Source: Camelus dromedarius (taxonomy: Eukaryota). Taken from it: 64,000 nt of DNA. The position numbers and the translations under genes were made by a program. The notes under the pieces were generated by a model. The model was given only the letters and a program-made list of their open reading frames with translations. It was not told the origin of the DNA and made no database searches. Positions within the stretch are counted from its first letter, which is position 1; the number at the start of each line of letters is the position of its first letter. Below are positions 13,130 to 25,914 of the stretch, in pieces. The DNA lies in the NCBI RefSeq assembly GCF_036321535.1, contig NC_087436.1, positions 93,746,001 through 93,810,000 of the forward strand, in the 5' to 3' direction.

Positions 13130-13750
13130 TGCAGTTGGAAATAAGCAAGGCTAGGAACAATTCAGATATCCCTCACCAGGTGAACAGATAAATTTGGGTA
13201 CAGCCATACGACAGATATCCACTCAGCAATAAAAGGGAGTCAACTACTGACACACTGGTCCCTCGGTATCCACAGGGGAATGGTTCCAGGGCCCCCTCGG
13301 ATACCAGAATCCACAGATGCTCAAGTTTCTTACGTAAAATGGCACAGTATGGTTGGCCCTTCCTGTCTGCGGATGTGAAACCCACGGATACAGAGGGCCA
13401 ACTGTACACGGCAACGTGGCTGAATCTTCAAAGAACTGAGTTGACTGAAGCAAGCCAGACCAAAAAAAAGTACACGCTGTGTGATTTCATTTATGTAAAA
13501 TTCTAGAAGAAGCAAGGTTAGCTAATCTATAGGAATGGAAAGCAGATTGGTGGTTACCTGAGGATGGACAGACAGCAGGGGTTATGACGAGCAAGAGGAG
13601 TCTTTGGGGGTTACAGGCATATTTACTATCTTGATTGTGGGGACAGTTTCACAAGTGTATACACATCAGAACTTACCAGATCGTGTGTATTCAACTTATG
13701 CGGTCTATTGTATGTCATTTTCCCTCAATAAGTCTGTTTAAACTGTGATT
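13130..13750 (+). mobile_element. Old L1M (L1MC/ME-type) 3' end interrupted by a Tigger MITE
   Basis: aagccagac...tgtgatttcatttatgtaaaattctagaa...atcttgattgtgg...cctcaataa. Confidence 0.7.
13253..13404 (+). mobile_element. MER2-like TcMar-Tigger MITE
   Basis: Terminal inverted repeats cactggtccctcggtatccac / cacggatacagagggccaactg followed by TA; internal ggatgctcaagt...taaaatggc typical of MER2. Confidence 0.8.
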
Positions 13751-14239
13751 TTTAAAATGTGTCAAAGATTTATTTGACATAAATAACTTCTGATGGAGGA
13801 AACCAGCAGGATATCAAAGTCAATTCAAAGGAATATAGGAAATACTGAGACTCTTCCAGAACTGTAATCAAGCACCGGGAAGCACGTGTGCTTTCAAGAA
13901 TCACGAAGACCCTCCAGCAGGAAGAATTAAACACACACATACAGAGCCCTCTTCCTGAGTACATCCTAGTCAAATGGCTGAAACCAAAGGCTTAAAGAAA
14001 ATCTTAACAACAGCCAGCAGAAAAGAGAAAATGTTAAAATAGATACAAAACTGGTTAATGTTTTACTGGCAATAAATTCGTCACCTTTGGGGTTATCACT
14101 CATTTTCTTCCTCTCTCTCTCAGTAGAAAGTTGCAGAAATTATTTGCAGTTTTATTAATCTTCTGCAAATTAACAACTGACTTCACAGAGTCTGAATCAT
14201 AATCTAGTAAAAAGGAAGTCAGGCAAAGACACTTTTCCC

Positions 14240-14531
14240 TAGAGCTGGGCTGGGCTGGTACACTGGCCGCTAGTCATGGGTGGCTTTTGAGCCCTTGAAA
14301 TGTGGCTGGTCTGAATTGAGGTGTTCGGTGAAGTGTAAAATGTAAGGATGTGAAGTATCTCATGACAATATTTTATACTGATCACATGTTGAGTGATAAT
14401 ATGGGTATTAAGTTAAGTAAAATGTATTATTAAAATTAATTTCACTTCTTTTTCCCTTTTTTTCCTAATGTGACTACCAGAACATTTAAAATTACCTATG
14501 TGGCTTGTGTTGTGTTCCTGTTGGATAATGC
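14240..14531 (-). mobile_element. MER33-like hAT-Charlie element
   Basis: ttgaaatgtggct...ttattaaaattaatttcac...atttaaaattac-tatgtggct...ttggataatgc. Confidence 0.75.
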
Positions 14532-17429
14532 AACAACACTAAGAACTGAGCAATCCTTAGGGAGGGCCTGTTAAATATTGCTCCCCAATAACACTGAAAA
14601 AGCACACAGCCCTCCTTTTGCTTTATTTGCAAGTTGGGGCTAATTTTTCTTACCACTTCTTGCGCCTGTCTCTCCGCCCCAAATCCTAACCCCCATCCTT
14701 CTCTCTACATCCCCTGCTGCTTCCCTCCAAATAACCCACCAACTGAAACCCAAGTAATCTTTCTGACAGGTAGAGACATGTTGTTCCTTGCTGCTTACAG
14801 GATGGAGTCCAGACTCCATGATCTGGGTCATCTCACCCCTGCCTGCCGCTCCAGCTGCCCCTCCCCACCACTCCAGCTGCCCCTCCCCGGGCTCCCCCAC
14901 CTCCCATCCAGTGTGGCGGCCAAGTGCATGGGCCCAGCTGCACTGAAATGTGCCCTCCCCCTGCACTCGCCTTGCTCTGGGCTGCCCTTTCCTGCCTGCT
15001 CATTTGCTGAAGCCTCCTCATGACACGTATGGAAGCTTACATCCCAGCACCTCTGAAAGAAGCTTGATTAACTTGATGATTGTGTGTGTATTTACCCACA
15101 TGAGAATAAATTTTGCAAGGACAGTTACTAGATTTTTATAAAATTGTGGTATGAACCCCCACATTCTTTATAGTCATCTGTTTTTCTGTATCACTGGCTT
15201 TCAAACTCTTTGTCTTAACTCATAAGAAATATAGTTTATGGCATGATCTAGTTCTCCCCCCCACCCCCGTTTCCTTTACACACACAAAAATTTCATACAA
15301 CAGTACTTACCTTCACGATGTACTCTGTTCTTTGGTTTTTTTCTTTGCTACACTCTGTTCTATGTATTTAACTTTTAATGTGCTGTTTGTTACTACTAAT
15401 TGATTATAGTTTGAATAATACTGATCTTGGTTAATTTTTCCAAAGTCTTTGAACTGAATACTACCAGCTTAATAACTGACATTTAAATTTAAAAAGATTC
15501 CATGGACAAATAATTTGGGGAGACTTCCTCCTCTCAGGGAGCTCTAAATACACAGCTTAGCTGCTGAAGGCTCTGCGCCGTCCTGCACTGAACACTTTGT
15601 GAGTGTGTAACACATTATTTGCTTCCTAGCAGTGAACTGCACAGGATCAGTGTCTGTGGGGCCCGGCAGATTAGAGAACACTGAAGTACACTGATCTAGG
15701 GGTCCTGGATGATGACTCTGTATCACATTCTGTTATCACAAATCTCTAGTTTTAGATTTTCATTTGCCTAGCACTGAGAAGTGTGGTATTCTCACAAGCA
15801 TAGCTGTCAGTGCAGTCAGTGAATTCTGTCTTAAAGAATTTGGTTTATGGTGAAAATTTCGGTTTGTCATGTTCCCCTTTTTGCCAGGAAGTTTCGAGTT
15901 AAATCAAATCCTCAGTTGCAGTAATAAGATTAGACTGAACCATACGTGGATCAAAAATGGTTGAGTGTGGTTCCAATTAATATTTAGCCTAACTGATTTA
16001 TAGAAACGTTTCTTGTTTCAATTTGGTTTTAAAGTTTACTTTTCTAATTTAAGAGCGTGATAGAATGTGTGCCTTTCATTGTAAATCACTTAATTCTTTG
16101 GGGAAGCAAATGGGATATAAATTTTAATAAACAGACGGAGTCCAGCATTACATCTGGACTGTACCATTAACCAACAGGGTGTTTAAAATACAGATTTTTT
16201 TTCTGACATGCATTCTGCAGCAAGGAATATTTTCAGGGTTCTCATCCCTGTAAAAAATCCCTGGGTGGCTTAAAAAAAAAAAGCAAAGTTAAAAATATAT
16301 CTCTGCAGACAATTAATATTTATTGACCAATCCAAATGACATTTGTGGCTTTCTACATGAATTAAATAACAGTGTCACAGAAACCACCCAGCCCTCAAGG
16401 TTCTTTCTTGCCAGACTCGTTTTCTCCACCACCAAGGATCTTATTAGAAAGATAAGCAGCAATTACTACAAGCATTATGTCTAATGGACGGTGTGGAATT
16501 TCTTATTATATTTCCCCTACAAGTTCAGTGGCCTAGGGTAATTTGTGCCTCTTTATTGCCTAGAGGAAATATTTTGATTTATCTCTCTGTAGCTTCTAGC
16601 TTAAGAGTTGCTTTGTGTTTTCTATTGACATAGGAGAAACTCTAGAAGATATTTATTAAGAAAGATAAAACCTAATCCTGTTCATTAAATTCACTAAGTC
16701 AAGGGTTGAAATAGAAGGGAGGGAATTTTTTTTAAGTGAAAGATAATGTTTTAATATGTCTGCACTGAATGAATTATAGAGTACTTCTTTTTTAGAAAAA
16801 AAAAAGAGAAGATGTATATATCTTAAGTCTTTAAATCTTGGGTCACTTTTAATCATAATGTTGTTAATCATTCTCTAAGGCCTTGAAACCATGCTATTAG
16901 AACAGATTACACCAAAGAAATATGTTAATCAGGGCAGAAGGAGAATAGAAATGGCTGTCATCATCCAGAAGGAACACCATCTTTTTTTTTTTTAACTTTA
17001 TAATTTAACCATAATTGTACCTGTATATTTTCAAATGATCTGTCAAGTTGGCTTCCTTTGTGCCCAAGGCCACCTCGTCCTTATTCCTACCTTGAGGTGT
17101 CGAGCTGTGGGATCTCTTTTCTCCCTCCTGCTTCTTCTGTTGTAAGGTGCCATCAACCTCTCCAGAAATGTATTAGACACCTGTGTATTAAGTCCCCAAT
17201 ATGCATCAGCCACTATGCTTGGCACCAAGGATACAGCTATGAACAAGAACTTCAAGCTTCCTGCGTTCATAGGAGGTACCGAGTGGCATAGTAATAGTAA
17301 ATAAATGAGTTGTTAAGTCTCATAACTTTGTAATATAACTAGCAAGCCCTATGCAAGTGTTACATGACATTGTTGTCTTTATGGCTTAGCCCAGGTCCCA
17401 CCTCTTTTGTTAGCTTTTCTATCACCATT

Positions 17430-17720
17430 TGTATCAGCCAGCACTGGCTAGGTTATGCTTCAGTAACAGCTAAAAGACTCAGCAGCTTAAAACAGCTCTC
17501 TTTCTACTAAATGTCTGTGGCAGGTTGGCTGAAGGCACTGCTCCTTGTCATATTGTCCTCATTCTGTGTCCAAGGTGGATGATATAGTTACATTTAGACT
17601 AGATTATTGCCAGCCAAGGTAGCAGGAGGAAAGATGCACTGACTTTTTTTTTAATTGAAGTGTTGCAATGATTTACACCATTGTGTTAGTTTCTGGTGTA
17701 CTGAATCTGGTGATTCATTT

Positions 17721-17753
<33 letters not shown>

Positions 17754-18330
17754 ATTCCTTTTCATATTCTTTTCTGTTATAGTTTATTGCAGGATGTTGA
17801 GTATAGTTCCCTGTGCTATACAGTAGGACTTTATTGTTTATCTTTTCTACATATAGTAGATTGTACCTGCTAATCCCAAACTCCTAATATGTCCCTGCCC
17901 CTTCCTTCCCCTCTGTTTCCCCTTTGATAACTATAAGTTTGTTTTCTGTTATCTGTGCATCTGTTTCTGTTTTGTAAGTAAGTTCATTTGTACCATATTT
18001 TAGATTCCACATATAAGTGATACTCTATGGTATTTGTCTTTGTCTGTCTAACTTACTTAGTATGATCATCACTAGGTCCATCCATGTTGCTACAAATGAC
18101 ATTCTTTTTCGTGGCTGAGTAGTATTCCGTTGTATATATGTACCACTTCTTCATCCAGTCATCTGTTGATGGACATTTAAGTTGCTTCCATGTCTTGGTT
18201 ATTATAAGTAGTAGGATGCACTAACTCTTAAAACTTCTGCCTAGAAACAACACTTACACTTTTACGCACATTTTATTGTGAGTTGCATGACCAAGCCTGG
18301 CTTCATGGGGTGAGGAGATAACTCCCCTGG
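17430..18330. mobile_element. Old MaLR LTR (MLT1 group) split by a younger L1
   Basis: tgtatcag...ggctaggttatgcttcagtaaca start; sequence resumes after 18214. Confidence 0.55.
17648..18214 (-). mobile_element. 5'-truncated L1 3'UTR with 15-bp TSD, containing (TA)n(TG)n at ~17721-17753
   Basis: TSD gatgcactgactttt (17633-17647) / gatgcactaactctt (18215-18229) followed by aaaa, an endonuclease-type site. Confidence 0.88.
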
Positions 18331-19026
18331 GAAGGGGACTGAGTATTCCCACCACTGCAGTGCCCTGTGATCTCTTTTATCTCTGTAGTCGTGTAGATCT
18401 TACTGGCACTTCATCTTTTCAACCTTAATGTTGTTACTTAATGTTTTAGATGTGTATGTCTCCCCAGTCAGACTGCAAATTCCTTGATGGCCATCACCAT
18501 GTTTTCTGCTCCCTTGTATGTAACTCAGCATGATATTGTTCTTATATTAGGTGCTTAAAAATGCTTCTAATTGTATGAAGGAGAGAATGAAGGGAGAATA
18601 ATTAGAATTTTTTCCATGCTTTATATCCAGTGCTTTATAATTTGCTCAAGGTCTGTGTACACTGTCTCCTTTAATCTTTTCAGGAACTGGAGGACATATT
18701 TTTATGCCTTTTACAGATCAGGAAAGTGAGACCCAGAACTTTCACATGACTTGCTCAGTGTTACTCACACAAAAAAATGATTGAGCTATGTCTGAAACCA
18801 TGAATGCTAAATCCTAGACCAGTGCGTTTTCTGTTCTGTTATTCATGTGAATACCCCATTTGTTTACTTGTGCTGAGGATCACACAGGGGAAGGGAGAAG
18901 GAAGCTTCAGAAAAAGAGTTGAAGACCTCTGCCCAGGATGGGATAAGTCTCCTGGTATTTGGGTCCCAGCAAAGCTGAGAGGAGAGGGCACACAGCAAAC
19001 CTCCCAGCTTGAATTCAGCAGGTCAG

Positions 19027-19500
19027 TGTGTTAGTTGTCTGGCTGCCGTAACAAACAATCACAAACTTGCTGGCTTAAAAACAACAGAAATGTGTTCTCT
19101 CATAGTCTGGAGGCCCACAGTTCAACATCAGTTTCACTGGGCCAAAATCAAGGTGTTGGAGGGGCCTCACTCCCTCCAGAAGTCCTGAGGGAGACTCCGT
19201 TCCTTGCCTCTTCCAGCTTCTGGTTGCTCCTGAAATTCATTGGCTGTGGCTATCACTCCAGTCTCTGCATCCTGTTTACACAGCCTTGTCTTCTATGTGT
19301 GTGATCTCCGTCTGCCTCTCCCTTACAGGGTCATGTGTGATTAGACTGAGAACCCACTGGGATAATCCAGGAAAATATCCCCATGTCAAGATCATCAACT
19401 TAATCTTATCTACAAAGACCCTTTTTCCTTATTAGGGAACATTTACAGATTCCAGAGATGAGGACCTAATACCTTTGGGACCATTATTCAACCTACTATG
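19027..19500 (-). mobile_element. MaLR solo LTR (MLT1C-like)
   Basis: tgtgttagtt...ggcttaaaaacaacagaaat...ggataatccagg...ttcaacctacta; 5-bp TSD gtcag/gttag. Confidence 0.85.
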
Positions 19501-21199
19501 GTTAGGATGGTGGGAACCCCCTCTGCAACCCCTGCTCTGCCCCTTCGTCTTCCTCCCCCAGCTCTCTCTCCCCTCTGGGTGGTACAGATTAGATGGTGTC
19601 TTGGAAGGCTCTTTGGAGTCTGACATAACCGCCAGTGGATTCCTGGGTCAGCCTCTCCTTGGCTGTGTGACTATGGGCAAGTTGCTCACTCTGAGCCTCC
19701 CATGCAGAGATGGAGGCTTTAAAACCTATGTGCAGCTTGGTATGAGATGACAACTGAGAGAGGGCCTGGCATGGGCACCTGGACCCCAGCGGGCACCTGC
19801 CCAGAGCCCCACCCCTCCCACTGCACTGTCCCTCACTCAGGCCCTTCCTCTGCACCCACAGGGGTGGGCGCAGTAGGCTGGGAGGCAGAGGATGCCTAGA
19901 GCACCTCCTCCCACTTACTTTTCTCAGCGAAGTTAAAAACACATCATGTTTATTAAATAATTAATCATCCTTTCCTAGAAGGGCTATTTCATTTCACGGG
20001 TGAGCAGTTTATTGCCAGAGAACTATGTCTTCCTCCAAGATGATGTATAACATGATTTGGTGTCTACATTTTTAGACACTTGAATGTTTTTTTCTCTCTT
20101 CCAGTTAAACTGGAAGGTAGGGTGGTGCCTATTCATTTGTACTGTGTTCCTTTCAAGAGACACATGTGCATAGCGGGGTGACCTCGTATTTTTCCATTTC
20201 TAAAGTAGTATGTAGAACTTGCTATGTTCGTGCACATGCATTCCAGTAAATTTTAGTATTTACTAAATCCTGAGTATTTAGTAATAAATACCATAGGTAA
20301 TAAACCTTCACAGCATTAAGCCTATGAAGAAAAATAAGCAGTTATATAATTGGCAAAGAAATGAATGCAGATATAACAAAAGAAATATCAAAGCCAAAGC
20401 CGTTTTTTTCCCTTCAGGTGTTTTTGTGGTTTCACATACTTCATTGTCTGCCTTCAGAACCTAAAATTCTGGTCTAGTTTGTTTCTAAAGCAGTCCCTTC
20501 GGACATTTGCCTTACTTTTAGGAAATGGTTATCCTAATGCTAGGTTAGTGAGTAGCGGTTACTCGCCACCTCGGCCCTAGTGACACTAGGGGCCTAAAGT
20601 GCCAGGTGGAGAAGAGTCAGGAGACCAAACCCAGACTTGGAGAGGGGTTCTGTGATCTATTAGCCATGTCTGCCATAGTCACAGCGTGACTATTGAACAA
20701 GTAATTATTGGAATATACTTCATCTATGCTCTTACACAGTTAGCTTGTCCCAGAGTCATCAGCTAACAGTAACTGTTACAGAGGAAAGATAAAATCTTGA
20801 AGAAAAAAGAAAGGGGGGAGAGGATCAAATATTGAATCTCTTAGTACTTACCCATCATATCTGAAATTTGGTAATTTCTTGGTAAATACCTGTTGAAGGA
20901 AAAAAAAAAAAGGAAGAGAATTGTTTGAGTACTGTGACCATGCATTGCAATGGGAAAACTTGTTTTCAGGACCTGATTGTGAATCAGGAGGGCTCTGAGC
21001 CAGTAGTGGCTCCTGGCACGGAGTGGTTTACAGCGTTCAGAATGACCAAGAACACCCCGTACGTTTGTCTGTGGGTAAACAGCACAAATGCAGTGTTGGA
21101 ATATGAAATCTTTAAAACATTTGCATTGTCCAACAGCAGACACATAGTGCTTGCAACAATGTGGCCTTTTGTTTTTGTTTGCCACACCGCTGGAAGGAA

Positions 21200-21390
21200 T
21201 AAAATGGATTTTTTAGGTTTGAACCCCAGCCCTGCCGTTTACCATTTATGTGTTCTTGGGCAAGTTACATAACCCTCTCAGTTCCTCTGTGTCCTTATCA
21301 GATAATAACATTGCCTACCGCCTAGGAGTCAGTGGTTTGGTGTAAGAGGTGAGAACAGTGTCTGGCACACACACATGGTGAGAGCACTGG
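21200..21390 (+). mobile_element. MIR SINE
   Basis: ggtttgaaccccagc...ttgggcaagttacataacc...gaacagtgtctggcacac. Confidence 0.75.
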
Positions 21391-21409
21391 TCCTTTTGCC
21401 CTCAGTTCC

Positions 21410-21700
21410 ATCCCTGTCCTCTCCTGCTGGCCTCTGATCCTGTGGGCTGTGTTTCCAGGCTCCGCCTGAGTTCAGCCACTGGGAAGCAGTCAAGGCTGGA
21501 GGAAGGAGAAGCCATGGTTCATTCTTCCCCCCTGTTTGCCTCCTGGCTATGTCTCCTGGTGGCTCCAACTGCCTCTGCATAGGCCACCAGGGCTGTGGCT
21601 CCAATGGGTAGCCTTGACCCTTGGGCCCTGGTTCTTCCACCTCCTCCCTTGGGCCCTTCAGCTTCCACCTTTGCAAATCACTAAGTGCCTGACCCCAAAA
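21410..21700. mobile_element. ERVL LTR remnant (LTR16/LTR33 group)
   Basis: gttcagccactgggaagc...aaggctggaggaaggagaagcca motif, similar to 10500-10560. Confidence 0.4.
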
Positions 21701-23318
21701 GCAATCACTGGCTGTCAGGATGGCTGTTCCTCAGCACATGTCAAGTAGACACATCTTCCAATACGTGGAAGTCCAAAAAGGAAGGGGGTCCTTAGACAAT
21801 ACATACATTGTAAATTCAGACTAATTAGAATCAAAGATACCAGCCTATCCAAAGGCTGGCAGAAGGAGAGATTTAGTGAAAAGGGTTTTGTGCTGGAGAC
21901 TGTCGCCCACCAGGTGTGGGATCCTGGTTAATTCACTTCGCCTCCTGAGTCTCAGTTTCCTTCAGAGTTTCCTCTGAAGTATATGAGACAATGACGACCG
22001 TAGCAACAATCATAAAAATGACACCAGTAAATGTTTACACAGTCCATCAGTCAGGGCACAATGAGGAAAACAGAAACTGCTCTAAATATCTGAAAAGGAG
22101 GGAACTTAATGGAACATGGGTGATGGAAAAGTTGAAAAGCAAACAGGAGACCCCGTACCTTTCTTTTCCAGCCAGTCTCAGAGTGTAGTGTCTTGATTAC
22201 AAATTCCAGAGGGAAGAGGCTCACACCCGGCATGGACCGGGCGCCCATCCTGGTCTAACTGACCGGCCAGGTTCACTTCACACGAGATGTTAGCTGGGGG
22301 CCTGCTGCCGCCTCATAGGCCAGGGTGTTTGTGGTAACTCCCAGAAAAGGGCGTCACAGGTATGCGGCACAGAGCTCGTTTCAAGATTTCTAACAGCCTA
22401 ATTTCTACTCATAGGAAGAGCAACTGCCGTATCTGTGTGCCCACCATCTGCCAGACGTGGTACTAGCCACTTTATATCTGCTTTGTTTTGTTTTGTTTTT
22501 TTTTAATTTTAATTCTTATGACAGCCTTAGGAGGAAGGTTTTATTATTCACATTTTACAGATGAGGAGAGGACAAGGGGAAGATTATGTATGTGTACAGT
22601 ACAGGCTGCACAGGCCAACTCAGATGTTAAAGGTCTTTGCTTCTGGAGGGAATTAAAATACATCAACCCGGAGCAGCGACACTGGTTAGCTAATGCTGAT
22701 CAGAAGTTATGATTAGTGGCTAAGGATACCTTGATTAACAGAGAAGAGTGGCATGGGGACAAATCAAAGTAGCTTGTTATCTGTACAAGAAATATATTTT
22801 AAAATAAGAAGTCCTTGGTGGTTAATATAATAAAATGGCTTCTTGGTGGCTAAAAGGACCAATGTGGTCCACCTGTCACTCTTTAAAAATAAGGAATGGT
22901 GCTTGAGGTAAGTAATTTAGCTCCTTTGTGGGAGTTCCTTCAACTTCTAAGATGATTCAGAGTTTGGAATTACTGATTCAGCCTTCTGACTATATCAAGA
23001 ATGTTTAAATACACATTTTTGCACTCAGTTAATAAGTCAGGAATTCATTTAAATTTCTCATCAGTGCACTCAGAAGTCATGAAAGGAGACTTTGAGCTGT
23101 GAGCATTTGCTTCTCTCCTCCTGGTTCATCCTAGCACATCTCACGCGTCATAGTTTTCCAAAATTCTAAAAACAGGATTACTTACTGTTAAAATTGGTCA
23201 TTAGATTGTTATGTTCTTAAAGAGAAATCGTAAACTTGCCTAAATGATGTAGACTCCCCTCTTTTCCTCAAAACATTTTCTACATGAGTGGAGACAGTGG
23301 AATCTATGGCCAAGTAGC

Positions 23319-23508
23319 CAGTGATGCTCAAACTGGAGCACTCGCCAGAATCAGCGGGAGGTCTTTATCAACCCCTAAACAGCCGAGTGTCCCACCCTCG
23401 AAAGTTGCTGATTCAGTAGGTCTGGGGTAAGGCCTGAGAAGTTGCATTTCGAACAAGTTCCCAAGTGAAGCACACTTTATCTGTGGACCATCCTTGGAAA
23501 ACTGCTGC
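23319..23508. mobile_element. MER5A-like hAT-Charlie MITE
   Basis: cagtgatgctcaaact...ctgattcagtaggtctgggg...ttgcattt-gaacaagttccca. Confidence 0.8.
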
Positions 23509-23692
23509 TCTAGGCTGAAGAGAGAATTTGCTGAGAACAGGCATGAATGCTTTCAGTCTTGTAGCTTTAAGAGAAAACGATGGGGGTGGCAGATTTAAGT
23601 AATTAGTCTGCTCAGTGAGAAGGAGCCACTCTTTGCTAGGAACTCAGTTTACAATATATGAGTTTCCTTTTTTAATGGGGGAAGATAATACA

Positions 23693-23891
23693 CAGAGGAG
23701 GATTCACCATTGTGATAATGAAGCATAAAATTTAGGGCCCCTTCCAAGGCCCTGGAGAGGGGGCCTAGCAATGAGTTCACACGTGTTTTGTAAAATTTGC
23801 AAAAGGAAGGTATTTTTGTATTCTTTTTCTTAAAGAGGTCTCCAGAAGTTGTCTAAGCTTTATGTCCCATAAAACCTGAATTAACTCTCTG
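23693..23891. mobile_element. hAT-Tip100 MITE (Zaphod/MER115-related)
   Basis: gggccccttccaaggccctgg...ctagcaatg...ttttgtaaaatttgcaaaag; imperfect inverted ends cagaggaggatt / aattaactctctg. Confidence 0.6.
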
Positions 23892-24514
23892 ATAATTAAT
23901 GAATTAGCATAATTAATGAATACATATGAAAGGAATACTGTTTGTAACAAACAGCAGTTTTTTTGTAGGTTAAGCAATCTCTAATAAAAGTGTCAGAAAT
24001 AAGGGTGAGTGGAGACATCATCTCAGAGGACAAGAGCCTCATATGTGAACTTCGTGTGGAACTTACTTTAATTGAATGAGTTCAGTGGAGCATTCAAGCA
24101 GATGAAACTACAAGTTAATCATAGCTTGCCTGCTAAGTGATCAGCTTGCTGTGTGTGCAGTATTTTATATTTTTAATTTTGGATTTTATTTATTTAATTT
24201 TATTTGTGATGAGAGCAGAAGATTTGGAGAATGAGATGGGTTCAAATTCTGGCTTCACCTCCAATAAATAAATACAGTCATTCTCTCTGAGCCTATTTTG
24301 TCTGTTGCGAGGTGGGGTTTGGTATTAATAATAATTGCTGACTTATCAGGGCTAATGGGGTGCTGTAATAAAATGATAGGTAATGAATAAATGCTTGTTC
24401 GTATCTGAAGATATAAAATGCTACACAAATGCTAGTAATTAGTAGCTATACAATGCAATACAGATAGTACACTAATAGTTCATATTAATTGAATGACTGC
24501 AGGGCTGTTTTCAC

Positions 24515-24775
24515 TAGATCGAGTCAGCAAGCGTTTTCTATAAAAGGCCAGACTATAAATATTTTTGGCTTTATGGATCATTCTTTCTCTGTCTTAACTA
24601 CTCACCTGTGCCACGGTTAGGCAAAAGCAGCCATAGACAAGATATACATGAATGGGTGTGGCTGTGTTCCAGTAAAGCTTTTTATATATATGTATATGTA
24701 TGTATGTGTATATATGTATGTATATATATGTACATACATATATATAAACAAGTGCAGCGATGCTAGATGATATAC
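24515..24775. mobile_element. MER58A-like hAT-Charlie element with a (TA/TATG)n microsatellite at ~24683-24746
   Basis: ttttctataaaaggccaga...aaagcagccatagacaa...gaatgggtgtggctgtgttccagtaaa. Confidence 0.8.
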
Positions 24776-25319
24776 CAAAGTTGACCCAGAATGCAACAGT
24801 CCTTTAAAATTAGAAACTTTCAGTTGAGCATGAGGATAAAAGGAAATATTAGCAATTGTAAATGATGTTTTTGTTTAAACTCAACATTGAAGGATCAAAA
24901 TGCTGACACATTTTATCTGCTTTACTTTCCATAGTCCCATGATGTAGCTGATACCTCCTTGGGGGATGAGCAAAGTGGGGAGAAGGAGGGAGTCAAGGTT
25001 AAGAACAGTTAGGGGTCAGAATACCATCTTGTTTCTCTGTAAGCTTCCTGGCTCTGGATGTGGTGATAACAGGGTGAGCTCCTGCTTAAACTCTCCTCTG
25101 GGATTCAGACTCAACAGCAAGCTTCTAAGAATGGAGTTTTTTGACCACCAGGAAATTAGTTGGTTCTATTTTTTGATCTCCTGATTACCTTTTTTGAAGA
25201 TCACTGATATGCCCAGGCCTGTGAACACTGGATAAGTGAAACAAACCAAAGGAGTTGTAGGAAGCCCATTAAAAGACAGTTGTCTATACATATTAAAAGG
25301 GAAATTAATCATGAACCAT

Positions 25320-25760
25320 GAATAAAGTTGCTATAAACATTCATATACAGGTTTTTGTGAGAAGATAAATTTTCATTTCTTTTGGGTAAATACCTAGGAG
25401 TGGGATTGCTGGGTTGCATGGTAATGGTATGCTTAACTTTATAAGAAACTGCCAAACTGCTTTGTTGAAGTAGCTGTACCATTTTGCATCCCCATCAGCA
25501 GTATAAGAGAGTTCCAGTTTCTCAGTATCCCCACCAGCACTTGGGATTGCCAAGTTTTTGTTTGTTTCTTTGTGAGTTTCTGTTGTTATTTTAGCATTCT
25601 AAAACGTGTGAAGTGGTAACTCGTTGTTTTAATCTGCATTTTCCTAATGAGTAATGATATTGAGCATCTTTTGCATACTTATGAAAACCGTATGTCTTCT
25701 TTGGTGAAGTGTCTGTCTAAATTTTTTGCCCATTTCAAAAATTGGATTATTTATTTTCTT
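25320..25760 (-). mobile_element. Old L1M fragment (ORF2 end/3'UTR)
   Basis: gggtaaatacctaggagtgggattgctgggt...aactttataagaaactgccaaactg. Confidence 0.85.
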
Positions 25761-25914
25761 ACTGTTATCCTTATGCATAATTGCCCCAAACAGGAAACAA
25801 CACAAATCTCTTATCAACTGGTAAATGAATAAACAACTATGGTATATCCATACATGAAATTCTCAACAATAAAAAAGGAGTGAACAACTGATGTACTCAA
25901 CAATTATGCTAAGT

